Origin: Octopus sinensis
Taxonomy: Eukaryota
Length of the DNA: 64,000 nt
NCBI RefSeq assembly: GCF_006345805.1
Contig: NC_043019.1
Span: 17,049,360-17,113,359, forward strand
Direction: 5' to 3'
The notes below the pieces were generated by a model. The model did not search any database. It saw nothing but the letters and a program-made list of their open reading frames with translations, and was not told the DNA's origin. How positions within the stretch are numbered: the first letter of the stretch is position 1; every line of letters starts with the position of its first letter. Both the position numbers and the translations under genes were made by a program. This document shows positions 13,301 to 25,790 of the stretch, piece after piece.

Positions 13301-14023
13301 AGGAGAATATAACAATACATTTTTAATGTGGCCTTTCCATACTTAAGACACTTGAGATATGATTTGAAGGATATTGACTGTTATTTCTAGCAGATGAAAA
13401 AATCTGCATAGAAATTTCCTAAAATATGGTGGCCCACCAAGGATTTGAAATTAGATTGCAAACTTGTTTCAGCGAGAACTTACCATTCCACCATTCTACC
13501 ACATAACCCAATCTGCTTAAAGAGAAGTTATTAACTTTATACTTTGCCCTAAATCTAGGAAGAAATTACTCTTCTCGATTAAATATTTAATTTCTTGACT
13601 TCAGCTGAGAAGATGAACGGAAAATAGCAGTAAGAAATATGAATGAAAGAATTTCAAATATTTTAATAACAAGATATAAATGGAAACATTTTAAGTTTTG
13701 AGAATTAATATTCCTGCCTAAAGATATTAACATAAAACTCACATTTAAAATGAATCTTATATGTATTTCTTTACTCTATGGCTTTTAACCCTGTCCCCAC
13801 TTCAGTAGCAATTTTGAAAACTATATAACTAAAAAGGAAATAAAGACAAACTGAATTTTTATAGCACCCAAGGTCATCCATAATTATTCCAGATAAATTA
13901 TTAATCTCAAGAAATGAAATTAATATTGAACAAACATCACTGCCTTATAATATTTCACTGCAGGCAAACAATGGGCATCTAATATCTGCACACACACACA
14001 CACACACAACTGCCACCACTACC

Positions 14024-14056
<33 letters not shown>

Positions 14057-15074
14057 TAACATCCATGTTCCATTCTGGAATGGATTGGAAGACAGTTTGA
14101 CAGGATTTGATGTATTCAAAGACTGCATCATGCTCCGGTGTCTACATTTGCCTGGTTTCTACAGCTGGATGCCCTTCCTAATGCCAACCACTTCAGAATA
14201 TGTTCTGGGTGCTTTTCTTGTATCACTGCCACAAGTGAGGTCACCATGCAACTCACAAGAAAACCCTGAGGTATGTGTGTGTGTGGAAGGGGGAGGATAT
14301 TTAGGTGAGGAGACGAGGGTTGGGCAGAGTAGGTTGTTGTTGAAGAGGGGCTAAACAGCTGCTTGCATTTCAGAGAAAGAGAGTGAGAATAAACGAGTAA
14401 GGATGAGGTGTCAATCCAGGTGGCACTTTAAGGTTTGAGACGAGTAGAAGTGGATGGGAAGCAGAGTAACTAGGAGTGTGAATGGGTGGGGGCAATGCAA
14501 GAATGTATGAGGAAACAAGAGATTGGGGAAATAGAAGGGAGGGAAGAAACAGCTTGGCAAATGGATAGAAGGGTAGGGGACGGCCAATGGTGCAGGAGTT
14601 GGGAAAAATTTAGGGATGCAGATGAGAGCAGCAGGATAGCAGGAGGTGGATAAGAGAGAGATGACGTACGATAGGGTAGGCTGCAGGAGAGCCTCACAGA
14701 AGTGATCCTTCTGTTAATCCCATATGTGAGGCATATGCTGAGATAACTGTGATTACTAAGTTGATATAATTAGTCTTATTTTGATTATCCTATCACTTAG
14801 CCTGATTACCTCAATTACATTTTCTATCTATTTCTCAGTTAACAGTATGCATACTCCATCTTCACCATCACTATTACTCACCCAGAAGAGTTATTTCTGT
14901 TTTTTGCCTGAGGAGTTTGGTTGAGGACCTACTCCATCTTACCTCTTGCACACAGCATACATCCACTCATCTCAACTCCAGCATTTCCACAATCTCACCA
15001 GACCTACCTTTCCTTATGCCCACATTCATGGTTGCCATCCTAAAGTTTTGGAATCCACAGTACGTAACGTGGTG

Positions 15075-15111
<37 letters not shown>

Positions 15112-15277
15112 AATCTTTTATAAGAATGTTGTTTGGCAGTTGGTTCATTAGTGCGTGACTATGTCAGCACCTGTGAGGGATAAGAATGGCTGTGCCATGG
15201 TTTGCCAGCAGTTGGCAGATTTGCAACCATTATTAAATTTTTCCTTGCATTTAATTTACCATCAAAGGGTCTCTCTC

Positions 15278-15672
15278 TCTCTTTTACTCTTTTACTTGTT
15301 TCAGTCATTTGACCGCGGCCATGCTGGAGCACCGCCTTTAATCGAGCAACTCAACCCCGGGACTTATTCTTTGTAAGCCCAGTACTTATTCTATCGGTCT
15401 CTTTGCCGAACCGCTAAGTGACGTGGACATAAACACACCAGCATCGGCTGTCAAGCGATGTTGCGGGGACAAATGCAGACAAACAAACTCACACACACAC
15501 ATATAAATATATACGACAGGCTTCTTTCAGTTTTCGTCTACCAAATCCACTCACAAGGCTTTAGTCGGCCCGAGGCTATAGTAGAAGACACGTGCCCAAG
15601 GTGCCACACAGTGGGACTGAACCCAGAACCATGTGGTTGGTAAACAAGCTACTTACCACACAGCCACTCCTA
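15278..15672 (-). mobile_element. SINE family A (~400 bp, internal TA/TG microsatellite, AGTAAAAG tail)
   Basis: GGAGTGGCTGTGTGGTAAG...GGGTTCAGTCCCAC head and (AGTAAAAG)n tail. Further copies at 21923-22158, 23485-23860, 32843-33160, 34290-34700, 37635-38330, 42993-43264, 47400-47930 and 60457-60900. Confidence 0.9.
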
Positions 15673-16474
15673 CGTCTAGTGTACAATTTACTATAAAAGG
15701 GTCTAGCGTACAAGCATTATTTATATATAACTAAATAAATGATAACCAATAGTTATTAATTCATTAACATCCCCAATGTCATGGGTGGGGTGCTATGCCA
15801 TTATATTACCATCTGATACTGATACAGACGATAGGGTTGGGGGGGCACAGAAGAAAGAGTTCAAGTGTATGCAGTGGACATGGAAATGGTGTGGGGAGTT
15901 AGCTTTAAAGTGGTAGAATGCAGAGTAAAATGAATAAATTGACGTAACAGGAAAACACGTGTGCTTATTGTGATATAAATTTATGAGAGGAGTGTCTGGC
16001 AACGGTCAACGGTTTGAGTAATAGAAAATAAAGTGATCCATGTCACTTATATAAATGGAGGCAACAGGAAGATGATGAGGAATGGCAAAAGGAAGTGGGG
16101 AACATGCAGTTATGCATCACAAGCAAATTATGTGTATGTATCTATATGTATGCTATGCATGTGTGTGTGTGTGTGTGTGCGTGCGCACACGCATGTATAT
16201 CATCATCATCATCATCGTTTAACATCCACTTTCCATGTTGTCATGGGTTGGACGGTTTGACTGAAGATTGGTGAGCCAGAAGGCTGTACCAGGCTCCAGT
16301 CTGGTCTGGCAAAGTTTCTCCTGTTGGATGCCCTGAATTCCATTAGCTTACAGCTGTTTCTGCTGTAATATGCAGTGGACTCATAGCTGAGTGCATGAGT
16401 AACACCGTATATCTTCATCAGAATCTCGAATATGAAGTGCAATTTATTTGGGAAAAAATTACATTTATGCATAT

Positions 16475-16506
<32 letters not shown>

Positions 16507-17184
16507 AAAATATATATATAAATATATATATATATATAAGAAAAAGCATTACCAAGTTTCTTACCACATAGCCACTCCTGTGCCTATATATATATATATA
16601 TAATATATATATATATATCATCATCATTGTTTAACATCTGCCTTCCATTCTGGCATGGGTGGCAAACACACACACACACACAAACATTTCCCAAGACACC
16701 ACCTCTCTTAACCATTTAATGAAATCCATTAACCTTGGGTTGGTACCTTTTTACTGAGCCTTAAAAGGATGAAATGTAAAGATGACTCCAGTGTGATTTG
16801 AACCTAGATCTCAGAGGATCAGAACAAGTAGCATGAGATATTCTATCCAATGCTCTACCAGTTGTCCTTTTGCTGCCTGGACATACCAGGCTAAATGGAG
16901 GTGTTCAAAATGAAAGAATGTGTAATGTTTCCAACAGAGAGATATCATTTTAATGCGTGGCTGTGGTGTTAAATATTTTTGAAAGTTAATGGTATTACCA
17001 TAGCAATTATTCCAAACATTGGTGAATAGAATAAATAGCAGAGCGGGATTTTGTTTCAATGAAATGTTATTGCTGACAATGGTTCTTTTGTCTCACTCAG
17101 CCTTCATTTATGTTTTAGCATTGTGTTTGATATATATGTCCTCCTTTCATGTTGGCTGGGTGGGTGGGTGGGTGGTTGGTTGGT

Positions 17185-17197
17185 AGAGATAGACAGA

Positions 17198-17229
<32 letters not shown>

Positions 17230-17351
17230 TAGATAGATAGATAGATAGACAGAGAGACAGATAGATAGATAGATAAACAGATAGACAGACAGACAGACAG
17301 ATAGATAGATAGAGGAGAGAAAGAGGTGGATAGATAGATAGATAGATAGAT

Positions 17352-17384
<33 letters not shown>

Positions 17385-17531
17385 TAGATAGATAGAGATA
17401 GATAGATATAGATAGAGATAGATAGACAGACAGATAGACAGACAGATAGATGGATAGATAGATAGATAGAGATAGATAGATATAGATAGAGATAGACAGA
17501 CAGACAGACAGACAAATAGACAGATAGATAA

Positions 17532-17580
<49 letters not shown>

Positions 17581-17612
17581 CAGACAGATAGATGGATAGA
17601 TAGATAGATGAT

Positions 17613-17644
<32 letters not shown>

Positions 17645-17712
17645 CAGACAGACAAACAGACAGACAGATAGATAGATGGATAGATAGATAGATAGATGGA
17701 TAGATAGATAGG
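17185..17712. repeat. (AGAT)n/(AGAC)n compound microsatellite
   Basis: Direct inspection. Confidence 0.98.
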
Positions 17713-17965
17713 GGAGGGAAATAGACAGACGGACACAGAATTAATATTTTAGACATGTACACTAATGGCACATTAATGTAGGAGTAATATATACATGCTA
17801 AGAAGAAAAAAAAGAGAAAAGAACACCATTAATATAAATGAATAGAACTGAAATGAGTGAAATAATGAATTCCATTAATGCTTCTATCAAAATGTCGCTA
17901 AGCAAAAAGTTTTGCTTGCTAGAAAATAGTTTTGACATATTTTTGTTATGGGCTGAAGAGGATTC

Positions 17966-18195
17966 TTATTTCTTTATTGCCCACAAGGGGCTAAACAGAA
18001 GGGATAAACAAAGACAGACATAGGTATTAAGTCGATTACATCGACTCCAGTGCGTAACTGGTACTTAATTTATCGACCCCGAAAGAATGAAAGGCAAAGT
18101 CGACCTCGGCGGAATTTGAACTCAGAACGTAGCGACAGACGAAATACCGTAAAGCATTTCGCCCGACGTGCTAACGTTTCTGCCAGCTCGCCACC
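17966..18195 (-). mobile_element. SINE family B with an 18 bp target-site duplication
   Basis: TGGGCTGAAGAGGATTCT at 17949-17966 and 18236-18253. Confidence 0.9.
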
Positions 18196-18391
18196 AAAAG
18201 GCAGCGAGCTGGCAGAAGAGGATTTTGAAGAGGATTGGGCTGAAGAGGATTCTGCTGACAATACACACACACACACAATATATACACACACACAATATAT
18301 ATATATACACACACACACTATATATATACACACACACACTATATATATATACACACACACACTATATATATATACACACACACACACACAC

Positions 18392-18424
<33 letters not shown>

Positions 18425-18584
18425 TATATATACATACACACAAACACATACACATAAACACAAATATACATACATACATACAAATACGTGTGTGTGTGTG
18501 TGCAACGTCAGGGGCTATTGTAGTGCTCTAAGCCAGATGTTGACAAATAGAAATCTCAGTGGGGAGGAGTAAGAGTTAATTTAC

Positions 18585-18641
18585 GACAAAAGGAACTTCG
18601 CAGAAGGTCAAGAAACCCAAATAAAAAAAAACAAAGAATTG
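18585..18641 (-). CDS. Alternative candidate exon 3 of the claudin-like gene - tentative
   Basis: Acceptor CTTCTGTTGTGTTTCAG|, donor |GTAAAT, 57 nt, phase 1-1. Reads (A)ILCFFLFGFLDLLRSSFC, which would complete TM3. Confidence 0.2.
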
Positions 18642-20110
18642 CTGAAACACAACAGAAGAATTATTAAAACATCTGACATATTTCTCCTGGGATTATTATG
18701 AAAATATTTGGAAACAATTTACTTATCATAACAAATTCACTGAACTCTACATAATAAATCTCAGTTGTGTAATTTAAAGAGCCAACATGGATTGAACTGT
18801 GTTAAAAATTGCCTCTGCAGTTTTAAGTAGCTTCACACAGGGAATCAATTTACGAGAGACACACATTATGTATGGCTTTTGTATGGTAACAGCCATAAAA
18901 CAACAACAACAACAGCCACGACAAATGTTTGCTTCAGTCAGTTGCATGAATAAATTAACATAGATTATGATAAGTTTGCCAGAATGGCTAAACATTCTTT
19001 GTCCCCAGTAACAAGAAGCACACACACACACACACACATTATGCTAGGCAGAAATTCCTGACTTCCAGTTGTTTACGCGTTCCTTTATTGGGGGACAGGG
19101 ACAGCAGAAGTGTTTAGACATTGACAGTCTAGGGAAATAAGGTAGCTCTCTGCAAAGATGTCACACTGCCCAGACAAGAGACGGCAGGCATTATAAACAG
19201 ACAGGAAGGATTGATTATGGCATGCCATTGGTTCAATATTTAATGATTAATGAATTAACAAATAAAAATTATCCATTCCTTGTGCAAAGAATGTGTAAGG
19301 AATGTGGATATAATGGTAGATAATGCAAAGCAACACAGGAGGTCATTTTAACTCTGTATACAAAGAAATAAACTCAAGACTATAAAGTTACATAAATGAA
19401 TGTCAGTTTTATACAATCTGCTCAATACCAATGCATTTATAACAGACCCCCACCAAATATTTGAGCAATGAGACCAGGCAGAAGACATGTAATGCTATGC
19501 GATGAGAAAATAGATAATTCTATTTGGAAGCAGGAATATCCTTGATACTTGTTTACATGCTAGAAAAACACAGAATATTTCTAATTCCTTTCCACTTATA
19601 TCCATTTAGTTTGTTTTTTTTGCCTGAGAAATTGCAACATATCATTTAGTATCAATATTTCCAAGTCCAGAATCCGCCACTATTTTTAAGGTTTAAGGGA
19701 TTTATAATCCAGATAATGTTCAGATTTTCTGATGTTTTCTAGCAAACAGTCATACATATAATTGCGTAATTGGACATGGGTTGATACTAAAATCATGGAT
19801 TAATACTAAATCATAAGCTGAAAATATTCCAATTTGGTTATTGGAAACTACTCTGAAATTAATTTGAAGGAAGCAGATTTGAAGAAAAGAAATTGTTGGG
19901 GTTTTGCCATAAGGATTTTAAAATTTTGAATAGTCTCAAGATTTAAACATATTATTCTTTTTTTTTTTAAGAATTACAAGCTGTTTCTTTTGGAATAAAC
20001 AACATACCTGCTGCCATTCCAATCCATTCAGCCTTTTCTAACTTCTGATATCATTTTTGTTTTTCTGCTCTCTAATACTAACTTGTCTATATCTATATAT
20101 ATTTATACAT

Positions 20111-20356
20111 ATAAGAAAAGAAATAGAGCAACAATTAACAATTAGGAGTTGATCATTGGTATTAAATGGCCATAGTTTATTACAGAGATGTACTTGCATA
20201 GCAAGTAACCTGATCTGAGATCATGAGCTGAAACAAACCACAAAAATAACAAACTAAAACAGTTGTAAATGATATTTTAACTACAATTAAACTACGACCA
20301 TTTAGTACCAATGATCATCTTCTGATTGTTAATTGTTGCGTCATTTCTTTTCTTAT
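20111..20356. mobile_element. MITE with ~68 bp imperfect terminal inverted repeats
   Basis: ATAAGAAAAGAAATAGAGCAACAATTAACAATTAGGAGTTGATCATTGGTATTAAATGGCCATAGTTTA matches the reverse complement of 20288-20356. Confidence 0.8.
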
Positions 20357-20523
20357 CTGAATATATTACACCACTGTTTACTATTTAAATTACCAACCAC
20401 TGTTAACCTCATAACAAGGCCTATACATAGTTAGGTAATACAGCAGTACGGATATGTTTATCTCTTAGACGGTTGCATAGCCTCTAACTCATAATTTTGT
20501 ATTGATACATACATACATACATA

Positions 20524-21284
20524 CATCATCATCATCGTTTAACGTCCACTTTCCATGCTTGCATGGGTTGGACGATTTGACTAAGGTCTGGCGAACCAGA
20601 TGGCTGCACCAGGCTCCAATCTGATCTGGCAGAGTTTCTACAGTTGGATGCTCTTCCTAACGCCAACCACTCTGAGAGTGTAGTGGGTGCTTTTACTTGC
20701 CACCGGCATGACGGCCAGCCATGCAGTACTGGCAACAGTCACACTCAAATGGTGTTTTTTATGTTCCACCTGCACAGAAGCCAGTCCAGCGGCACTGGCA
20801 ATGACCTCGCTTGAATGTTTTTTCACATGCCACCAGTACAGGTGCCAGTAAGGCGACGCAGGTAATTACCATGCTTCAATGGTGCTTTTTACGTGCCACA
20901 CACACACGAGACAAGTGAAATCGGAATCGAAATCGCTCAAAAATCAATGGAAATTGTAGTTGTGATACCAGTGCCAGTGGCACGTAAAAGAACCATCCGA
21001 ACGTGGCCGTTGCCAGCACCACCTCGACTGGCCTCTGTGCCAGTGGCATGTAAAAAGCACCAACCGATCGTGGCCATTGCCAGCCTCGCCTGGCACCATG
21101 CCGGTGGCATGTAAAACGCACCCACTACACTCACGGAATGGTTGGCATTAGGAAGGGCATCCAGCTGTAGAAACACTGCCAGATCAGACTGGGCCTGGTG
21201 CAGCCTCCTGGCTTCCCAGACCCCAGTTGAACTGTCCAACCCATGCTAGCATGGAAAGCGGACGTTAAACGATGATGATGATGA
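20524..21284. mobile_element. Two oppositely oriented RTE 3'-UTR-derived elements, head to head (others at 16200-16335, 27030-27474, 50072-50440)
   Basis: Both end in GGACGTTAAACGATGATGATG, the same tail as the RTE at 58973. Confidence 0.9.
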
Positions 21285-21323
21285 TCTGTGATGTCTATAC
21301 CTACACACTCACATGTGTGTGCA

Positions 21324-21356
<33 letters not shown>

Positions 21357-22099
21357 CTACATATATATGCTGATGATCTGTTGATCAATTAACCTGTCAC
21401 TGCTTGCTTGCTCATTTGGCAAACCTGACGAGTTGGGAATTGTGTAACAGGTAATCTTATGGGTGTTGTGCATTCTGCACACCTGACTTTACTATGCTTA
21501 CATCACAATAAAGACTCTGATATATCTGGTATAACAATCCATTTGTCTACCTCTGTTATATGTGTGTGTGTGTGTGAAATGTTCATACTTCTGTGTGTGT
21601 GTCTGAGATGTTCATACTTTCGTGCGTGTGTGTGAGATATCTGTACCTATATATATATCTGTGGTTGCTCTTCAAAAAACACTTTCAGTGAAAGAGTGAT
21701 GAGTTAAACTGAGCTAAGAGAACAATGTTTAGTGGAGAGAAGTGGTAGCAATCAGAGAGAGAGAGAGAGAGAGAAGGCATACTCATGCAGACACACATGC
21801 AATATGCTGATAACTGCAGTAATTTGGTGTCAAAGTTTTGAGGTGGGGAGGGCTTTAGTTAATGGTGGTGGTGGTGATAATGGTAAGGAGATAACTGCAA
21901 AGAATGGAGGGTTTTTTTTTAAGGCGCAGGAGTGGCTGTGTGGTAAGTAGCTTGCTAACCAACCACATGGTTCCGGGTTCAGTCCCACTGCGTGGCATCT
22001 TGGGCAAGTGTCTTCTGCTATAGCCCCGGGCCGACCAATGCCTTGTGAGTGGATTTGGTAGGTGGAAACTGAAAGAAGCCCGTCGTATATATGTATATA

Positions 22100-22137
<38 letters not shown>

Positions 22138-25100
22138 TGTGTGTGTTTGTCTCCCTAGCTGCACTTTGGTACAAGTAATTGTTGCTAAATACAGAAGACC
22201 GAACCTTTTATATTTTTTGGTTTTATGAAATATGGACAATAATAGATGACGTGAGCTGATAAGAAGAAAAGAAGAAAAAAACGAGAAGGTAAAGAGGGAA
22301 GGGTGAGACAAGAGCAGAGGAATGAATCACCTGAAAAAGCCTGGGAAAAGCTGTGTAGAGGAAGTGAAAATATGAACGGTAGAGAAGGTATTAAATATTT
22401 ACAGCAGATTAGAGAAAAGGAGTTGAAGAAAACAACAATTATTATAGCTTAGTTGTCAACAACTGTGGAGTTTCCACACGATCAGCTAGTTTTTAGAAAA
22501 ATGGTTGTGAGAAAATTTGCTTAGGGATTTTACAGCTCAATAGTTTACTAATCTCTATAATAGGTGAGCATACATTTAACATTAGTAATTCTCTTCTCCT
22601 TTTACATGTTTCACTCATGAGACCGTTGCCATGCTGGAGTTTTTGCCTTGAAGGGTGTTTGTTAAACAAATATTTCTAAGAAACTTTTTAGATGTTTTTT
22701 TTTTTAAATAAGGAGAAATTCATTTTCCTAGCATGTAATGGAAATCCTAAAAATTTGATCAATCAATGCATATTTTATTTAACATGAAAACAACTCTGGA
22801 AAAAACTATATTCAACAACAAAACTAATTCTATATATAGAAAATATTTCTAGCCTAGCTCTCACTCAAATTTGTAGTTAAAATGTTTGGAGAATCTAACA
22901 AACAGCAGAAGCAGTTTCAACGTGGATGGGTTTCATCAGCAACAACCTCTTGTGCATTCTCCCTCAGATGTCTGTTGGTAATGTTTGATAATTACTGTTT
23001 GATAGAAATTATCTAACACACCACAGAGCATATGAAAGAAGGAATCAATAATTTATATCTATATAAAAAAATATTGTTAGAGTTGATCTAAAACAAATTT
23101 TTAAACCTTCATGTTTTCTCCAGCAGGACGAGACCATGTTTCCTTATAAAGAATATTTAATTCAAGCTTACCCAATATGCCAGCCTCTCCTCTACTCATC
23201 TTCCCTACTTTGTTTCATCTTCAAGACCTTTACTAAATTCTTCCTCTCAAGAACTACCTGAATTCTCTTCCTGGCCATATAAGTCTCACCAAACCCAAGT
23301 TCAAACTAATCCTCAGCAATATCAACCTCTCCTGTCTATGAAAACCTGAAAAATCCATGTCTACCCTAACTTCAAATAATGAAAAAGAAAATCTAAAAGA
23401 AACTTTGAATAAATTAAAAAGAATTTAAAGACTAATTAATCAATATTAAAATTAAGGTAAATAAGAAGTTTGCTTTTCAGTGACATGGTTCTGGGTTCAG
23501 TCCCACTGAATGGCACCTTGAGTAAGTGTCATCTTTAATAGTCTTGGGCCAACCAAAGCCTTGTGATTGGATTTGGTAAATGGAAGCTGAAAGAAGCTTG
23601 TTGTGTGTGGGTGTGTGTGTGGGTGTGTGTGTGGGTGTGTGTGTGTGTGTGTGTTTGTCCCCCCACCACCACTTGACAGTTGATGTTGATGTGTTTACAC
23701 CCCAGTAACAAAGCAGTTCATCAAAAGAGACTGATAGAATAAGTACCAGGCTTTAAAAAGAAATGATAAGTATTGGTGTTGATTTATTTGACTAAAATTC
23801 TCCAAGGCAGTGCCCCAGTATGGCCACAGTCTAATAACTGAAACAAGCAAAAGATGAAAGATAAGATAAATATTTTTTGCCAATATTTTGGTTAGCAGAA
23901 GTACATGTGCCACACCAGAATAGCAGACATTCTCGTAAAAAACACAACTCTTAACATCTGAAATGGAATAGTGCTGACAATAAAAGTCAATAGGTTTTTA
24001 ATTATTTCCTTTTTCTTCTTTTCAAAGGTAGTCTTCATCTATTTTCACTGACAAAGTTTGGATCAACCAAAGCCTTTGGTAGAAGACACCCAATACACTG
24101 CACAGTGGGATGTGAGATTAACCCTTTTCATACAAATTCACCTGAGATTACCTCTGCCTCATCCGTAAACACTTCCACCTTTGACCCTTCAGCATTCAAG
24201 TTATTCTGTCAAATGCATCATCGCTTTGAAGGTGGCAAGCTGGCAGAATTGTTAGCATGCTGAGCAAAATGCTTAGCAGTATTTTGTCCATCTTTACAAT
24301 CTGAGTTCAAGTTCTGCAGAGGTCACCTTTGCCCTTCGTCCTTTGGAAGGGGGGGCAGTGAAATAAATACTAGTTACGCACTGGGGTTGATATTATCAAC
24401 TAACTCCTCCCCCCCAAATTTCAGGCTTTAGTACAAAGGATTATCTTACAGCTTAAAGATTTCAATGGTGTGATTGTTTACTTCTAGAATGACATTGTAG
24501 GGTAGGTGTAAGAGGTTGGATCTAGTCAGTTTGTAAGTAAAACAGGTGGAATATTTGGGGCTGGATAAGACCAATTTAAATGCTAAAGGAGTAAAGTAAT
24601 CTCAAAAGTTTCCATTAAAATTCCATGCTAATTTATTAGCATGGAACTTAATAATGATGATGTCATTTCACTAAATTCTTCATTACTTTTTAGAATTAAA
24701 TGAAGTGAAGGCAGAGTAGTTCAGCAGAAATATGGTAACAAAAGAGGTAACATGAGTTCTAATGACTGCAAAGTGAACTTTTTAACCATTCAACGAGGCC
24801 TGTAGTTGGAAAGGTCAGCTTTAACATCAAATAAAACATACTTAATGCTACAGCCAATGGAAACAGAGTATTGCATAAACAAGTGCCTATAACAACCCAA
24901 ACAAGCCACCGACTCCATGATAATAATCCCTAAACAAAATCAAGAAAATCAGCAGACATTTTATATCCACCTTAAATTACAAAACAAGCCACAAATCTCA
25001 GTTTCCGATAATTACCAGCACCACCACCGCCACCGTTGTTACCATCCCCACCAGGACACCCACTGAAATAACTTCTATACAACACACCCATCTACCAACA

Positions 25101-25194
25101 AATAAGCACAAAGCGTCATAGACTACGCAATTGTCTAAAGTAAGAAACAAAGACAGAAGCACACAATGTTAACACAAATATTTTTTTCTTTGGA

Positions 25195-25561
25195 AGCACT
25201 CCGTCGGTTACGACGATGAGGGTTCCGGTTGATCAGAATCAACGGAACAGCCTGCTCGTGAAATTAACATGTAAGTGGCTGGGCACTCCACAGACACGTG
25301 CACCCTTAACGTAGTCCTCGGGGATATTCAGCGTGACACAGAGAGTGACAAGGCCGGCCCCTTGAAATACAGGTACAACAGAAACAGGAAGTAAGAGTGA
25401 GAGAAAGTTGTGGTGAAAGAGTACAGCAGGGATCACCACCATCCCCTGCCGGAGCCTTGTGGAGCTTTTTTAGGTATTTTCGCTCAATAAACACTCACAA
25501 TGCCCGGTCTGGGAATCAAAACCGCGATCCTATGCCCTAACCACTGGGCCATTGCGCCTCC
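25195..25561 (-). mobile_element. tRNA-derived SINE (family shared with 61640-61962 and partial copies near 8900-9045 and 36100-36260)
   Basis: Head GGAGGCGCAATGGCCCAGTGGTTAGGGC...GATTCCCAGACC; body similar to 61640-61962. Confidence 0.85.
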
Positions 25562-25589
25562 ACTTAACACAAATCTACCTTGCACCACA

Positions 25590-25790
25590 ATGCCACAACA
25601 TTTCTTCGAAAATACAAGGAAAAATTTAACAACAATGAAATCCCAAGCTACAGATTCTACAATTTCTTCCAAATTCACTGAAAACCTACAAAAGAATCCA
25701 GAGAATCCTATCTACGACAGACATCCAATCAGTTGTTCGTTAAACACTGCTGAATCACAAAGACACTAGAAATGAACAGAAATAATTACA
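25590..25790 (+). mobile_element. Possible decayed Penelope RT fragment
   Basis: PSYRFYNFFQIH*KPTKESR resembles the PLE RT motif xFYGLPKIHKPxxPxRP; A/C-rich strand bias. Confidence 0.3.

Noticed and set aside
17104-17771. 210-218 aa SIYL/SVCL ORFs
   Set aside because: Translations of the (AGAT)/(AGAC) microsatellite. The same applies to ORFs over CA/TA tracts at 8.4, 18.3, 37.9, 42.6 and 61 kb.
20008-20092. Exon-like segment ending CAG|GTATGT (WIGMAAG)
   Set aside because: In-frame stop with any good acceptor, and exon 2 already supplies this part of TM3.
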